The notes beneath the pieces were generated by a model. The model was not told the DNA's origin, searched no databases, and saw only the letters and a list, made by a program, of their open reading frames with translations. A DNA stretch of 59,831 nt, counting the filler. It is 10 parts of 10 records of this genome, joined end to end, with 100 filler letters (N's around TTAATTAATTAA, not from the genome) between each part and the next. Parts side by side here need not be neighbours in the genome. Positions count along the whole stretch, not along the records: positions 5,208 to 11,897 come from SRR31156797_121318; positions 11,998 to 17,070 come from SRR31156797_121539; positions 17,171 to 23,901 come from SRR31156797_121612; 7 more parts are not named here. One strand, 5' to 3'. The position numbers and the translations under genes were made by a program. Positions 9,451 through 18,044 of the stretch are shown piece by piece (positions within the stretch are counted from its first letter, which is position 1; every line of letters starts with the position of its first letter).

Positions 9451-10662
9451 TCATAACGCCTTGAGAATCCTGACCCCTTCCGCGGCAAAAGCGGGGTCGT
9501 CGATATGCAGGTCCATCCCATGGACTGCGATGCCGCTGTCGGCCTGGGCCCGTACGGTTTCTTCGAATATCCGGTTTTCTTCGGGAAAATAGATGGCTCC
9601 GCCCGGCTGGTTCTCGACCGAAAACCCCCGGCGCGGAATGAGAACCGCGACTTTTCCGACAGATCGGTTCAGCCGTTCGCACAGGGTCTCGGCGACCCGC
9701 TTGAGTTCCGGCAATCCAATCCGGACATGCCTGAAGGTCGGACCTTGCGTATATCGCGGCCGGTCCGCAAAGACGGCCGGTATCGGATCCTGCCGACCGA
9801 GGCTGAGGGTCTCGATGGCGCCCGGACAGACGACCTGCGGAACTCCTTTCCTGCTGGGGACAAGAAACCGCTGGTGGTCTGAATGGGTCGTTCCGCCATA
9901 CAGCTCGCCAGTCAATTCCTGTGTGGTGAGATCGATAACGCCATCGATTCGGCCTTCGTCGACCAGTTCATCCATGGCTCGGCCACCCATGCCGCTTGCG
10001 TGGAAGGCCATGACTTCATAGCCGCCGGCTTCGAGGGCGCGCCGGAAGTTTTCACCGGCCTTCTGGGTAATTCCCTTGACCGTCAGGCCGATGGCCCGCC
10101 CGCCGTTTTCAGCATGCGCCTGGGCGTTCACCATCGAGGTGGCGGCAACGGCGGCGCGGCGAAGGATGTCGCGCAGGACCGAATTGAGCCCGACTAGGTC
10201 GACGACGGAATGAAAGACAAGAATATCCCGAGTCCCGATGACCGGCTTGATGTCGCGCATGGGGACCGGCGAAACAATGATTTTCGGGATCCCTATCGGA
10301 AGCGTCTGCATCGCCTGGCCACCGATCCAGGCCCCGGCACCGCCACCCAACGCGATCACCGCCGTCAGGCGTTCGTCTTCGTAAAGACGGCGCAGGATCG
10401 CCGTTACGCCGCGCGCGATCGCCTCGCTGGCGGCCGCCTTTCCCAGCGAGGCAAGGGCGTTCGGATCGACACCGGCGGCATCCGCGACCGCGTCCCGGCC
10501 GATGTCAGCAGCACATCCGGGGGCGGCAAAGGTTCCGGCATCAATGACCAGGGCCCCCACCCCCATCGCCACCAACTGGCTTCGCAGATAGTCGGTTTCC
10601 GCCGCCTTGGTGTCCAAGGTGGCGATGATTGCGACTGTGGCGGATGCGGGGCTATCGGTCAC
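9451..10662 (-). CDS. Tm-1-like ATP-binding domain protein (UPF0261)
   Basis: 403 aa; IIATLDTK..E, LGGGAG, LPIGIPKIIVS, SVVDLVGLN, FHASGMGG, IDLTTQEL. Confidence 0.88.
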   Translation of the reverse strand: MTDSPASATVAIIATLDTKAAETDYLRSQLVAMGVGALVIDAGTFAAPGCAADIGRDAVADAAGVDPNALASLGKAAASEAIARGVTAILRRLYEDERLTAVIALGGGAGAWIGGQAMQTLPIGIPKIIVSPVPMRDIKPVIGTRDILVFHSVVDLVGLNSVLRDILRRAAVAATSMVNAQAHAENGGRAIGLTVKGITQKAGENFRRALEAGGYEVMAFHASGMGGRAMDELVDEGRIDGVIDLTTQELTGELYGGTTHSDHQRFLVPSRKGVPQVVCPGAIETLSLGRQDPIPAVFADRPRYTQGPTFRHVRIGLPELKRVAETLCERLNRSVGKVAVLIPRRGFSVENQPGGAIYFPEENRIFEETVRAQADSGIAVHGMDLHIDDPAFAAEGVRILKAL

Positions 10663-10664
10663 GG

Positions 10665-11267
10665 CTACTCCGGTGGAATATCGGCGTTGAGAACGGCCAG
10701 TTGTGCCGTCAACTCGATGAGTTCCGCTGTTTTCAGCGCCTTTTTGAGGGTTTCGCCCGTGGCTATGGCTCCGTGCGCCCGAAGCACGGCCCCCGGGGCG
10801 CCGGTAACGCGAATATGCGCCCCGACGGCGTCGCCGATCTGTTCCGATCCCTGCGACCCGTCGCCCAGTACCGGCAAAAATTTAAGCTTTTTCGAGACCA
10901 GGGTCAGGAGCGGGATCTCGATCGCGTCGACCGACAAAGCCGTCGCGTAGGGAGAGTGGGTGTGAACAATGGCGCCAACGTCCGGGCAGGCCCTATAAAC
11001 GGCAAGGTGGGTAAGGGCATCCTTGCTGGGCTTCGGGGCGCCGGCTTCGGGATTGCCGTCGAGACCGACCCAAATAAGATGTTCGGACAATTCGTAAAGA
11101 CCCGCACCCGACGCCGTTATCAATGCGCCGTCCCCGGATGCCGTCCGAATGCTGACGTTTCCGCCGACACCGAGGGCAAGGCCGAGCGCCATCAAACGTT
11201 TGGTCGCCCCCAATATTTCGGCGCGCGCCTCCGCGTTAATGTGCCGAAGGATCGCGTCGCCCGTCAT
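10665..11267 (-). CDS. Class II aldolase/adducin family protein (copy B)
   Basis: GGNVS, ITASG, PSKD..TH..VY, HTHSPYAT, AHG; its ATG overlaps the upstream stop (ATGA). Confidence 0.88.
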   Translation of the reverse strand: MTGDAILRHINAEARAEILGATKRLMALGLALGVGGNVSIRTASGDGALITASGAGLYELSEHLIWVGLDGNPEAGAPKPSKDALTHLAVYRACPDVGAIVHTHSPYATALSVDAIEIPLLTLVSKKLKFLPVLGDGSQGSEQIGDAVGAHIRVTGAPGAVLRAHGAIATGETLKKALKTAELIELTAQLAVLNADIPPE

Positions 11268-11897
11268 GACGGATAGCGCTCCTGGTCGAACACTTTGATT
11301 TCGTGGCCGGGCAAGACCTTGAACGGGCCATCGACGCGGGCCATGATCTTTTCGAAGCTTTCCCACATGTCGAAGAAGTTCACATACCGCCCGATCGGAA
11401 TGAAATTGACCGGCGGTTTGCCCTGAAGGTTCTCCCACCCCATAACGGCATCGCCGGCAATGATGTAGGTACCGGCCGCCGTCTCGATGGCGACCGACTG
11501 CGACCCCGGCGAATGGCCGGGCGTCAAGAAGACGTCGATACCCGGCAGGATGTCGGCATCGCCGTCTATAATCTCGAATTCCACACCGGCAAACGGCGGC
11601 TCGATACCGAGGGCGGGATGTTCGTAGGATTTGTAGTAGGGCGGAATCGGATCATTCGCGAACTCGAGCTCTTTCTTCTGCACGATGTACCGCGCTTTGG
11701 TAAAGCGCTTCATGTTGTGGCAGTGATCCCAGTGCAGGTGGGTAAAGATGATGAGTTCGATATCGTCGGTGGAGACCCCCCACTCGGCCAGTGTCTGATC
11801 GATCCGTTTCGGCTGTTGGGGTGTTTCGGTCGATCCCTTGTCGTGGTGCTTCTTCGTCCACTCCGGGCCGCTCATTCCCGTGTCGACCAAAAATTTG
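11264..11897 (-). CDS. N-acyl-homoserine-lactonase-family MBL-fold hydrolase, 5' truncated
   Basis: VDTG, THLHWDH (HxHxDH), TPGHSPG, IAGDA, PGHE. Confidence 0.88.
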
Positions 11898-11997
11898 NNN
11901 NNNNNNNNNNNNNNNNNNNNNNNNNNNNNNNNNNNNNNNNNTTAATTAATTAANNNNNNNNNNNNNNNNNNNNNNNNNNNNNNNNNNNNNNNNNNNN

Positions 11998-12401
11998 AAA
12001 TGGATTTCCACTGCCCTGTAGGGACAGACATCCACGCAGGACAGGCACACCACGCATTTATCAGCGTCAAATGACACCAGCCATTTTTCCCTGTCCACAT
12101 CCAGAGCCCCGGTGGGACAGACCGGCACGCAAGCCGTGCAGCTTACGCACCGGTCTTCCTGATGCTTTATTTCCTCGGCCAGGGGTTCAACAATAACTCC
12201 GGTATGTTCAAGATAGTTGAAACCGGCGCCCAACTGGTTGTCGTCGCCGCTTAATTCCACAACCATCCTTCCCTGTTTGTGCGGATCTATGGAAGCACGT
12301 AAGATGTTGACCATGAGGCCGTATTCTTTAATCAGGCGATAAGTGACCGGTTCTTCCACCAATTCCTTTGGAAACAAAAATACTACTCTTGTTTTACTCA
12401 T
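11998..12401 (-). CDS. NIL-domain 2x[4Fe-4S] ferredoxin (MA1822-like), 3' end at contig edge
   Basis: N-terminal NIL domain (EPVTYRLIKEYGLMVNILRASI) then CVSCTACVPVCP and CVVCLSCVDVCP; coupled to the upstream gene by an ATGA overlap. Confidence 0.88.
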
Positions 12402-13588
12402 CTGGCGCCCTCCTCATAAGCCGCCGCCCCGGGCAGGGGGGAGGTATAACGCGTCAGGTAAAATTCACCGGTTTCAATTTGATTTTTAAGAAGGCCGGCC
12501 ACTTCTCTGGCCGATACATAGCTCGAAAAGCAACCGGTCGGAATCTTGCGGCCTTTGATTTCGATTGCACCGCTTTTCAATTCCGCATATGAAACCTCTC
12601 CAAGCGGCCCTTCGCCTATGCCCATGGGGTAGTATTCACTGTAGTCAATGACAGGCGCCTTTAACTCTTCGTCCGTAACGGAAACGTATTTGACCATTTC
12701 CTCATCAATAATAGGTATGGGAATTCCTACAGCCAGGCTCAAAGTGACTCCGTACCCGCTGAATGAGACCGCGCGCAACCAACGGGGATCCATGGCCTTT
12801 AGATCTCCAATTAGGGCCAGGGTTCCCGCGCCCGAGCGGGGAGTTCCATTTTCCATTCTCGCCGCATCTGGATTGTGCTGGGTGCCGCTCCAGGCGACGT
12901 ATCCCTGCGCGCCGCAGAATAAAATCCGCGTGCCCACACCTATAGTTCTATAATATGGATCGTTTAACAGCGGGGATAACTGGCCGGCGCTGCAATAGTT
13001 GGCATTGCCCAAATTCGGCATTAGCTTGCCCATGTATGTATATATGGGCTTGTCTGACAAATTCACGGCCACGTTGTAATTTTGATAGCAGTTTCTGGGA
13101 TTGAATATAAAAGCGTCATTCAAATCGGGCAGCCCGATCATTTTAATTCGCTTTTTCTTGGGGTAGCAATCCGTTCCATAAGAGACGGCGGAGAGGCGGA
13201 CCTTTTTTCCATTGATGAGATCCTCAATCACATGGGCGCCGCCATACCTGAATTTCCCGGGCCGCCCGTTAGTGTTTTTGGGGTCGCCTTCCTGCAAGGC
13301 CGTCGCCCCGATATAAATATCCGCCGCGGCCAGGCCGCCGTAAGCCGGCACGCCGTTAAGCGTAACCCAGCCTCCGCCCATCTTCATCTTTTCCCGGCCC
13401 TGCTTTACATTAAGAAAAGCGCCGGATGAACACATGGGGCTGAAGGTGCCGGTTGTAACAACGTCTACTTCTTTTGCGGCTCTGCTTATCCCCTTTTCCC
13501 GCACGACATCGATTATTTCTTCAGCCGTACATACTACTACCGATCCTGATTTAATTTTATCGTTTATTTCTTCTATGGTTCTGATCAT
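12398..13588 (-). CDS. Homocysteine biosynthesis enzyme, L-aspartate-semialdehyde sulfurtransferase (DUF39/MA1821 family)
   Basis: RTIEEINDKI, VDVVTTGTFSPMCSSGAF, YGTDCYP, NPRNCYQNY, GQLSPLLNDP; NIL-ferredoxin partner directly downstream. Confidence 0.88.
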   Translation of the reverse strand: MIRTIEEINDKIKSGSVVVCTAEEIIDVVREKGISRAAKEVDVVTTGTFSPMCSSGAFLNVKQGREKMKMGGGWVTLNGVPAYGGLAAADIYIGATALQEGDPKNTNGRPGKFRYGGAHVIEDLINGKKVRLSAVSYGTDCYPKKKRIKMIGLPDLNDAFIFNPRNCYQNYNVAVNLSDKPIYTYMGKLMPNLGNANYCSAGQLSPLLNDPYYRTIGVGTRILFCGAQGYVAWSGTQHNPDAARMENGTPRSGAGTLALIGDLKAMDPRWLRAVSFSGYGVTLSLAVGIPIPIIDEEMVKYVSVTDEELKAPVIDYSEYYPMGIGEGPLGEVSYAELKSGAIEIKGRKIPTGCFSSYVSAREVAGLLKNQIETGEFYLTRYTSPLPGAAAYEEGAR

Positions 13589-13801
13589 TACCTTATCTCC
13601 CGTCCAGGCTTTCGGACTTAACTGATCAAATTAGTTTTTCGGATAAATTGCCGGATAGCCGGCTGGAAATGTCTTTTAGCAAGGCTCCCTGTGGAGCCCC
13701 GGCATTATCCATAGGCAAACTTTGGTCTGAAGAGGGAGGCGTTGAGGCTGACCATTCATTTTTAAAATTCCCTGAATATCCTTTAATTATCAGTTTTCTA
13801 A

Positions 13802-14239
13802 TTATGGTGTATAAGTGATTTCCAATTTATCTCCACAATGGATTTCTCCGCCTTTAATGACCCTGCCGAACACGCCCTCCCTGGGCATGATGCAGTCGCC
13901 GGCCTTGTAGTATATAGCGCATTTTTTATGACATTCCTTACCGATCTTGGCGATCTCCACAATAGCGGTATCGCCGAGCGCTATCCTGGATCCCAACGGA
14001 ACTTTCAGCCAATCGATGCCTTTTGTGGCTATATTTTCCGCAAAATCTCCGAAACCTACTTCCAGCCCCTGTTCTGCCGCCTGCTTAATGCTTTCCGCTG
14101 ACAGAAAGCTTACCTGGCGAATGGGGTCGCCCGCATGCCCATCCCCTTCTACTCCGTAATCATCCAGAAGTCTGGCTTTATTCACCTGTGTTTTACGGAC
14201 GCCCTTGGTTTTGCTGACAGCGATGGATACTATTTTCAT
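13802..14239 (-). CDS. MOSC domain protein
   Basis: GVEGDGHAG..RQVSFL, GDFAENI, IGKECHKKCAIY..GDCIMPREGVF. Confidence 0.9.
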   Translation of the reverse strand: MKIVSIAVSKTKGVRKTQVNKARLLDDYGVEGDGHAGDPIRQVSFLSAESIKQAAEQGLEVGFGDFAENIATKGIDWLKVPLGSRIALGDTAIVEIAKIGKECHKKCAIYYKAGDCIMPREGVFGRVIKGGEIHCGDKLEITYTP

Positions 14240-14270
14240 TTAGTTTTACTTCTCCAGAACATGTTGTTAT

Positions 14271-14687
14271 TTAAATTGTAAAAGACTCTCCACTTATCAA
14301 CTCGGACAAGGTCACGGCATAGAGTTTATCCGCCATGGCTTTTTGCGCTTCGGCCCATAGGCTTCTGGTCAAACATCCATCCGATTGATTGCAGGCTTCG
14401 GGTTTGTTGATGCAGTCGGCTATGACAATGCCGCCTTCAAGCAGGTCTACGATTTCGCCGACTGTAATATCCTCAGGAGGCTTGCCCAGGGAGTGTCCGC
14501 CTTTTGGCCCGCGAACGCTTTTAATATAATTCGCCTTTTTCAGGGGGATGATAAGCTGTTCCAGGTATTTAACCGACACATCCAACTGTTTGCCTATCTC
14601 GCTTATTTGCCGGGGGCCTTCATTGTAATGCCTGGCCAGATCGAGCATCAATCTTGTACCGTATCTGCTTCTGGTTGAAAGTTTCAT
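14271..14687 (-). CDS. Rrf2-family regulator (IscR/CymR-like, three Cys)
   Basis: MKLSTRSRYGTR, YLEQL, SVRGPKGG, C-x6-C-x5-C..LW. Confidence 0.92.
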   Translation of the reverse strand: MKLSTRSRYGTRLMLDLARHYNEGPRQISEIGKQLDVSVKYLEQLIIPLKKANYIKSVRGPKGGHSLGKPPEDITVGEIVDLLEGGIVIADCINKPEACNQSDGCLTRSLWAEAQKAMADKLYAVTLSELISGESFTI

Positions 14688-14987
14688 ATTGCCTTGTCTA
14701 TGTAATCCATTCACTGGCGTAGAAATCGTTCGGCGTTTTCTCTCTAATTGTTAATTTGCCTGAGTATGGCAACCCATAGTCGCCTTTTCATACTTTTTTA
14801 TTCTATATCATTTTGCTATAGTTTAGACAAGTAGGAATTTTTCAAATTTTCAGAGTCAATCTTACATCTTTTCAATAACTATCTAGGATTTAAAGATAAT
14901 AAGCCTATAATTTACATAAGTTGTTTGGGCGACAATATATATAAATTGGGTGTCTTTAGATTTTAATTTAGATTTTAATAAGGCATT

Positions 14988-15016
14988 AAAAAAGGCCGGG
15001 CTTTTCAGACCGGCCT
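14988..15016 (-). terminator. Rho-independent terminator after tRNA-Ala
   Basis: Minus strand AGGCCGG..CCGGCCT followed by a T-run. Confidence 0.75.
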
Positions 15017-15027
15017 GATTTTATAAA

Positions 15028-15103
15028 TGGTGGAGCTGAGGGGGGTCGAACCCCTGACCTCATGAATGCCATTCATGCGCTCTCCCAACTGAGCTACAGC
15101 CCC
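15028..15103 (-). tRNA. tRNA-Ala (GGC)
   Basis: GGGGCTGTAGCTCAGTTGGGAGAGCGCATGAATGGCATTCATGAGGTCAGGGGTTCGACCCCCCTCAGCTCCACCA; 76 nt cloverleaf, G3:U70 pair, encoded CCA. Confidence 0.97.
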
Positions 15104-15119
15104 AAACGGTGCAGGGTCT

Positions 15120-15148
15120 TTAATACTTATATTGCTGGAGATTGTCAA
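15120..15148 (-). promoter_or_regulatory. sigma70 promoter of tRNA-Ala
   Basis: TTGACA-17 nt-TATTAA just upstream of the tRNA. Confidence 0.7.
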
Positions 15149-15216
15149 TAAAAATGTGCTGATTTTTTGTATTTTTTAACATTTTTGTTAAATAACGTCG
15201 TCCTTTTAACCAACAA

Positions 15217-15236
15217 GGGCCGCCATTCGGCGGCCC
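15217..15236 (-). terminator. Hairpin downstream of the ankyrin-OmpA gene
   Basis: GGGCCGCC / GGCGGCCC stem, 4-nt loop, followed by TTGTT on the minus strand. Confidence 0.55.
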
Positions 15237-15262
15237 CCTTATGTTATCAGGCAGTAACTATC

Positions 15263-16522
15263 TTAGTTCGAGGCGGTAGATTTAGGCGGTTCCCAGACCA
15301 TGATTTCCACACGCCTGTTTTTAGCCATGCCCCTGGCAGTGGCGTTGCTGGCGATGGGTTGACTTTCGCCCTTGGAATCAACCTTTATTCTGGCCGCATC
15401 CACGCCCATGCCGACCAGGACGTCCCTCACGGCTTCGGCGCGTCTCATGCCGAGTTCCATGTTATATTCATCGCTGGCCCGGCTGTCGGTGTGTCCGACC
15501 AGTGTGATGGAAATATGAGGATTATTGTTCAGGACCGCGGCCACGTTCTTTAGGTGAGGATAAAAACGTTTCTTAACCACGGCCTTGTTGGTGTCAAAGA
15601 AATTGGAATATGCGGCCATCCAGCAGCCCCGTTCGTCCACCTTGGCGCCCCTGGGAGTATTGGGGCACTGGTCGACATTGTCATACACGCCGTCGCCGTC
15701 CGTGTCCAGGGGTTTTACCGGGGGAGGTATCATTCTCATAACGTCAACCTGGCCTGTTTCCAGGGCCCAGTCGTATGGATAGCGGCCCAAACGGTCGGCT
15801 ATGTTCGGGTTAGCCCCGTTGGCCAGGAGCATTTTTACTATTTCATAATTACCGTTCCAGGCCGCCCAGTGCAGCGGGGTTGTGCCGTTAAGGTCTTCGG
15901 CGTTTACCTGGGCGCCCGATTTCAGGAGGACTCTTATAACGTCCTGGTTTTGAAAGTACACGCCCCAGGTCATAAGCGGCCAGTTTTCAAAGTCGGAATC
16001 CGTCTGGGCGATTTCCGCCAGGCTGGCTGTCAGGTAGAATGCTTCGTCTCCGGACAGCCCGGCGACCTTTTTTCTACCTATCACGGCTTTCATAACCTCG
16101 TCAAAACCCGGCAGAGTCATCCATTGCATCAGGTTCTGGTATTCATAGATGGTTATGGCGTTTCCGGACCAGGGTGAAACCAGAGTTCTGGAACCGGTGA
16201 CAACCTTGCGAGGCATGCTGCCTTCAGTAAAGGAGCCTACTTCTTCTTCTTCTCCCTCTTCCATCAATCTGTCGGCCGTTTCCGAGGTAATAATCAAGAC
16301 CTTTGATCTGACATCGCCGTACCCGGCCTTGACGAGAGTGGCGTCAAGATCGGCGCCGCTGTCCCGAAGCGAGGCCAGCATGTCGATATCGCCTCTAACC
16401 ACCGAATGGAACAGCCGTTGAGACATGGCCGTATGCCGCGCGCCTGTGTCATATGCGTATATATAATTGGGAATAAGAAAAACTGATAACAAAACCATCA
16501 AGATAGTTATCTTTCGGTTCAT
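15263..16522 (-). CDS. Secreted ankyrin-repeat / TSP3-like / OmpA-domain protein
   Basis: Signal peptide; ankyrin repeats (GTTPLHWAAWNGNYEIVKMLLANGANPN); DTDGDGVYD..DQCP; OmpA C-domain (GHTDS..YN..L..RRAEAV..NRRVEI). Confidence 0.88.
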   Translation of the reverse strand: MNRKITILMVLLSVFLIPNYIYAYDTGARHTAMSQRLFHSVVRGDIDMLASLRDSGADLDATLVKAGYGDVRSKVLIITSETADRLMEEGEEEEVGSFTEGSMPRKVVTGSRTLVSPWSGNAITIYEYQNLMQWMTLPGFDEVMKAVIGRKKVAGLSGDEAFYLTASLAEIAQTDSDFENWPLMTWGVYFQNQDVIRVLLKSGAQVNAEDLNGTTPLHWAAWNGNYEIVKMLLANGANPNIADRLGRYPYDWALETGQVDVMRMIPPPVKPLDTDGDGVYDNVDQCPNTPRGAKVDERGCWMAAYSNFFDTNKAVVKKRFYPHLKNVAAVLNNNPHISITLVGHTDSRASDEYNMELGMRRAEAVRDVLVGMGVDAARIKVDSKGESQPIASNATARGMAKNRRVEIMVWEPPKSTASN

Positions 16523-16602
16523 CTTCTACTCCTTGGGCATGGCTAACGGTCCGTCCATTTTCGTCCGGCCGCGGATCGACCGCCTATTGTTTTAATAAGA
16601 CG

Positions 16603-17070
16603 CTATCTATATTCCAATATCAGAACCGGATTATATTCGCCGCTCAAGGCCATGGTGGCAATACCGGCTCTTCCGACTCCGCAGGGCAGGCTGACATCAA
16701 AACTCGCCGAATTCCGCCTTTCAACAACACTGCGGCAGGCAAAGGGAGTGATGTCAAACAGAACCCAGTTTCCAGCGACCTTGGGATCCTGGGCGACAAC
16801 CGCAAAGTCGCCTCCAACATTCACCCGGCCTTCAAATATTGCTTTGGCCAATAATTCCGTGTTTTCCAGGGCGTACAAAGCGATTCGCGCCGAAACTATT
16901 TCCGCGTCCTCTTTGATCCTTGAAAAATCGAAATAAAGCGATGCTGTCCCGCAGCCGCCGCAATTGTTCGGCGATTTGCAATCCTTATTACCGGCGGGGC
17001 AATGCGTACAGCCAATACGGATATTAGCCTGTCCCCTGACCCGCCGGGAATTATAGTTGCTTTCCCACCA
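16603..17070 (-). CDS. Hypothetical protein, 5' truncated, DNRLRE/CBM96-like C-terminus
   Basis: Frame is open from the contig edge: WWESNY..CTHCPAGNKDCKSPNNCGGC..LYFDFSRI..IVSARIALY..WVLFDIT..NPVLILEYR. Confidence 0.5.
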   Translation of the reverse strand, partial: WWESNYNSRRVRGQANIRIGCTHCPAGNKDCKSPNNCGGCGTASLYFDFSRIKEDAEIVSARIALYALENTELLAKAIFEGRVNVGGDFAVVAQDPKVAGNWVLFDITPFACRSVVERRNSASFDVSLPCGVGRAGIATMALSGEYNPVLILEYR

Positions 17071-17170
17071 NNNNNNNNNNNNNNNNNNNNNNNNNNNNNN
17101 NNNNNNNNNNNNNNTTAATTAATTAANNNNNNNNNNNNNNNNNNNNNNNNNNNNNNNNNNNNNNNNNNNN

Positions 17171-18031
17171 ACCCAGCGATGCGGCGGCGTACCGACGCTG
17201 GGGGTCATCCCCTTCATCCCGGACATCTACCTGGCCCAGGAAGACTCGGTCTTCATCGACAAAAACCGCCAGTTCGGAGACAGGGACGGCCTCCCCCTGG
17301 CGGTCATAAAGCTCCCCCACATGTCCAACTACGACGACTTCGATCCCTTCCTCAAGGAGAAGGGACTCAAGCTCCGTTTCGTCAGTCGTCCCGACGAACT
17401 GGCGGTCCCCCCGGCGGCGGTGATCCTGCCCGGCACCAAGACCACCATCAAGGACCTGAACTGGCTCCGGGACGGCGGATTGTTCTCCAGGATAAGGGAA
17501 CTGGCCTCCCGGGGCTGTCCGGTCGTCGGCATCTGCGGCGGCTATCAGATGCTGGGCCGCCGGCTCCTGGACCCTGATAAGGTAGAGGGGGACGGAGGCA
17601 GCTGCGAGGGGCTGGGGCTTCTGCCCCTGACCACGACCTTCGCAGCGGCCAAACAGACGGTGCAGACAGAGGGCGTCCTGAAGGGGGACGGAGGTTTCTT
17701 CCGCAACCTGGAGGGCGAAGGCTGTCGGGGATACGAGATCCATATGGGCGTCACCGAGACGGATGGCCCGGTCGCTCCCCTCTACCGCAGGGAGGACGGC
17801 AGTTCGGACGGAGCCGTATCAAAGGACGGAAAGGTCTGGGGCTCCTACATGCACGGGATCTTCGACAACCTGACCCTGAGACGGGGATTCCTGATGTCCC
17901 TGGGATGGGAGCCAGAGACGGAGGGAGAGAGCGAAGAGATCCTGAGAGAGAGGGAATTCGAACGGATCGCCGATGCGGTGGAGGCGTCGGTGGACATGAA
18001 GGCCCTGGACCAGCTGATCGGTATCGGGTGA
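17171..18031 (+). CDS. cobQ: Cobyric acid synthase, 5' truncated
   Basis: LGVIPF..QEDS, LPHMSNYDDFDP, ILPGTK, GICGGYQMLG, GYEIHMG, GSYMHGIFDN. Confidence 0.92.
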   Translation, partial: TQRCGGVPTLGVIPFIPDIYLAQEDSVFIDKNRQFGDRDGLPLAVIKLPHMSNYDDFDPFLKEKGLKLRFVSRPDELAVPPAAVILPGTKTTIKDLNWLRDGGLFSRIRELASRGCPVVGICGGYQMLGRRLLDPDKVEGDGGSCEGLGLLPLTTTFAAAKQTVQTEGVLKGDGGFFRNLEGEGCRGYEIHMGVTETDGPVAPLYRREDGSSDGAVSKDGKVWGSYMHGIFDNLTLRRGFLMSLGWEPETEGESEEILREREFERIADAVEASVDMKALDQLIGIG

Positions 18032-18044
18032 GGACGGCAGGAGG

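Noticed and set aside
13589-13801. Canonical SAM-I or SAH riboswitch
   Set aside because: Hallmark conserved segments not found by eye on the sense strand; kept only as an unclassified structured-leader candidate.
14810-14845. Possible Rrf2 autoregulatory site upstream of the Rrf2 gene
   Set aside because: Only loose resemblance to IscR-type boxes and no clear palindrome; cannot be supported without a profile search.
14800-15103. tRNA-Ala as an integration site for an island
   Set aside because: No integrase and no duplicated tRNA 3' end on the contig; a normal terminator follows.
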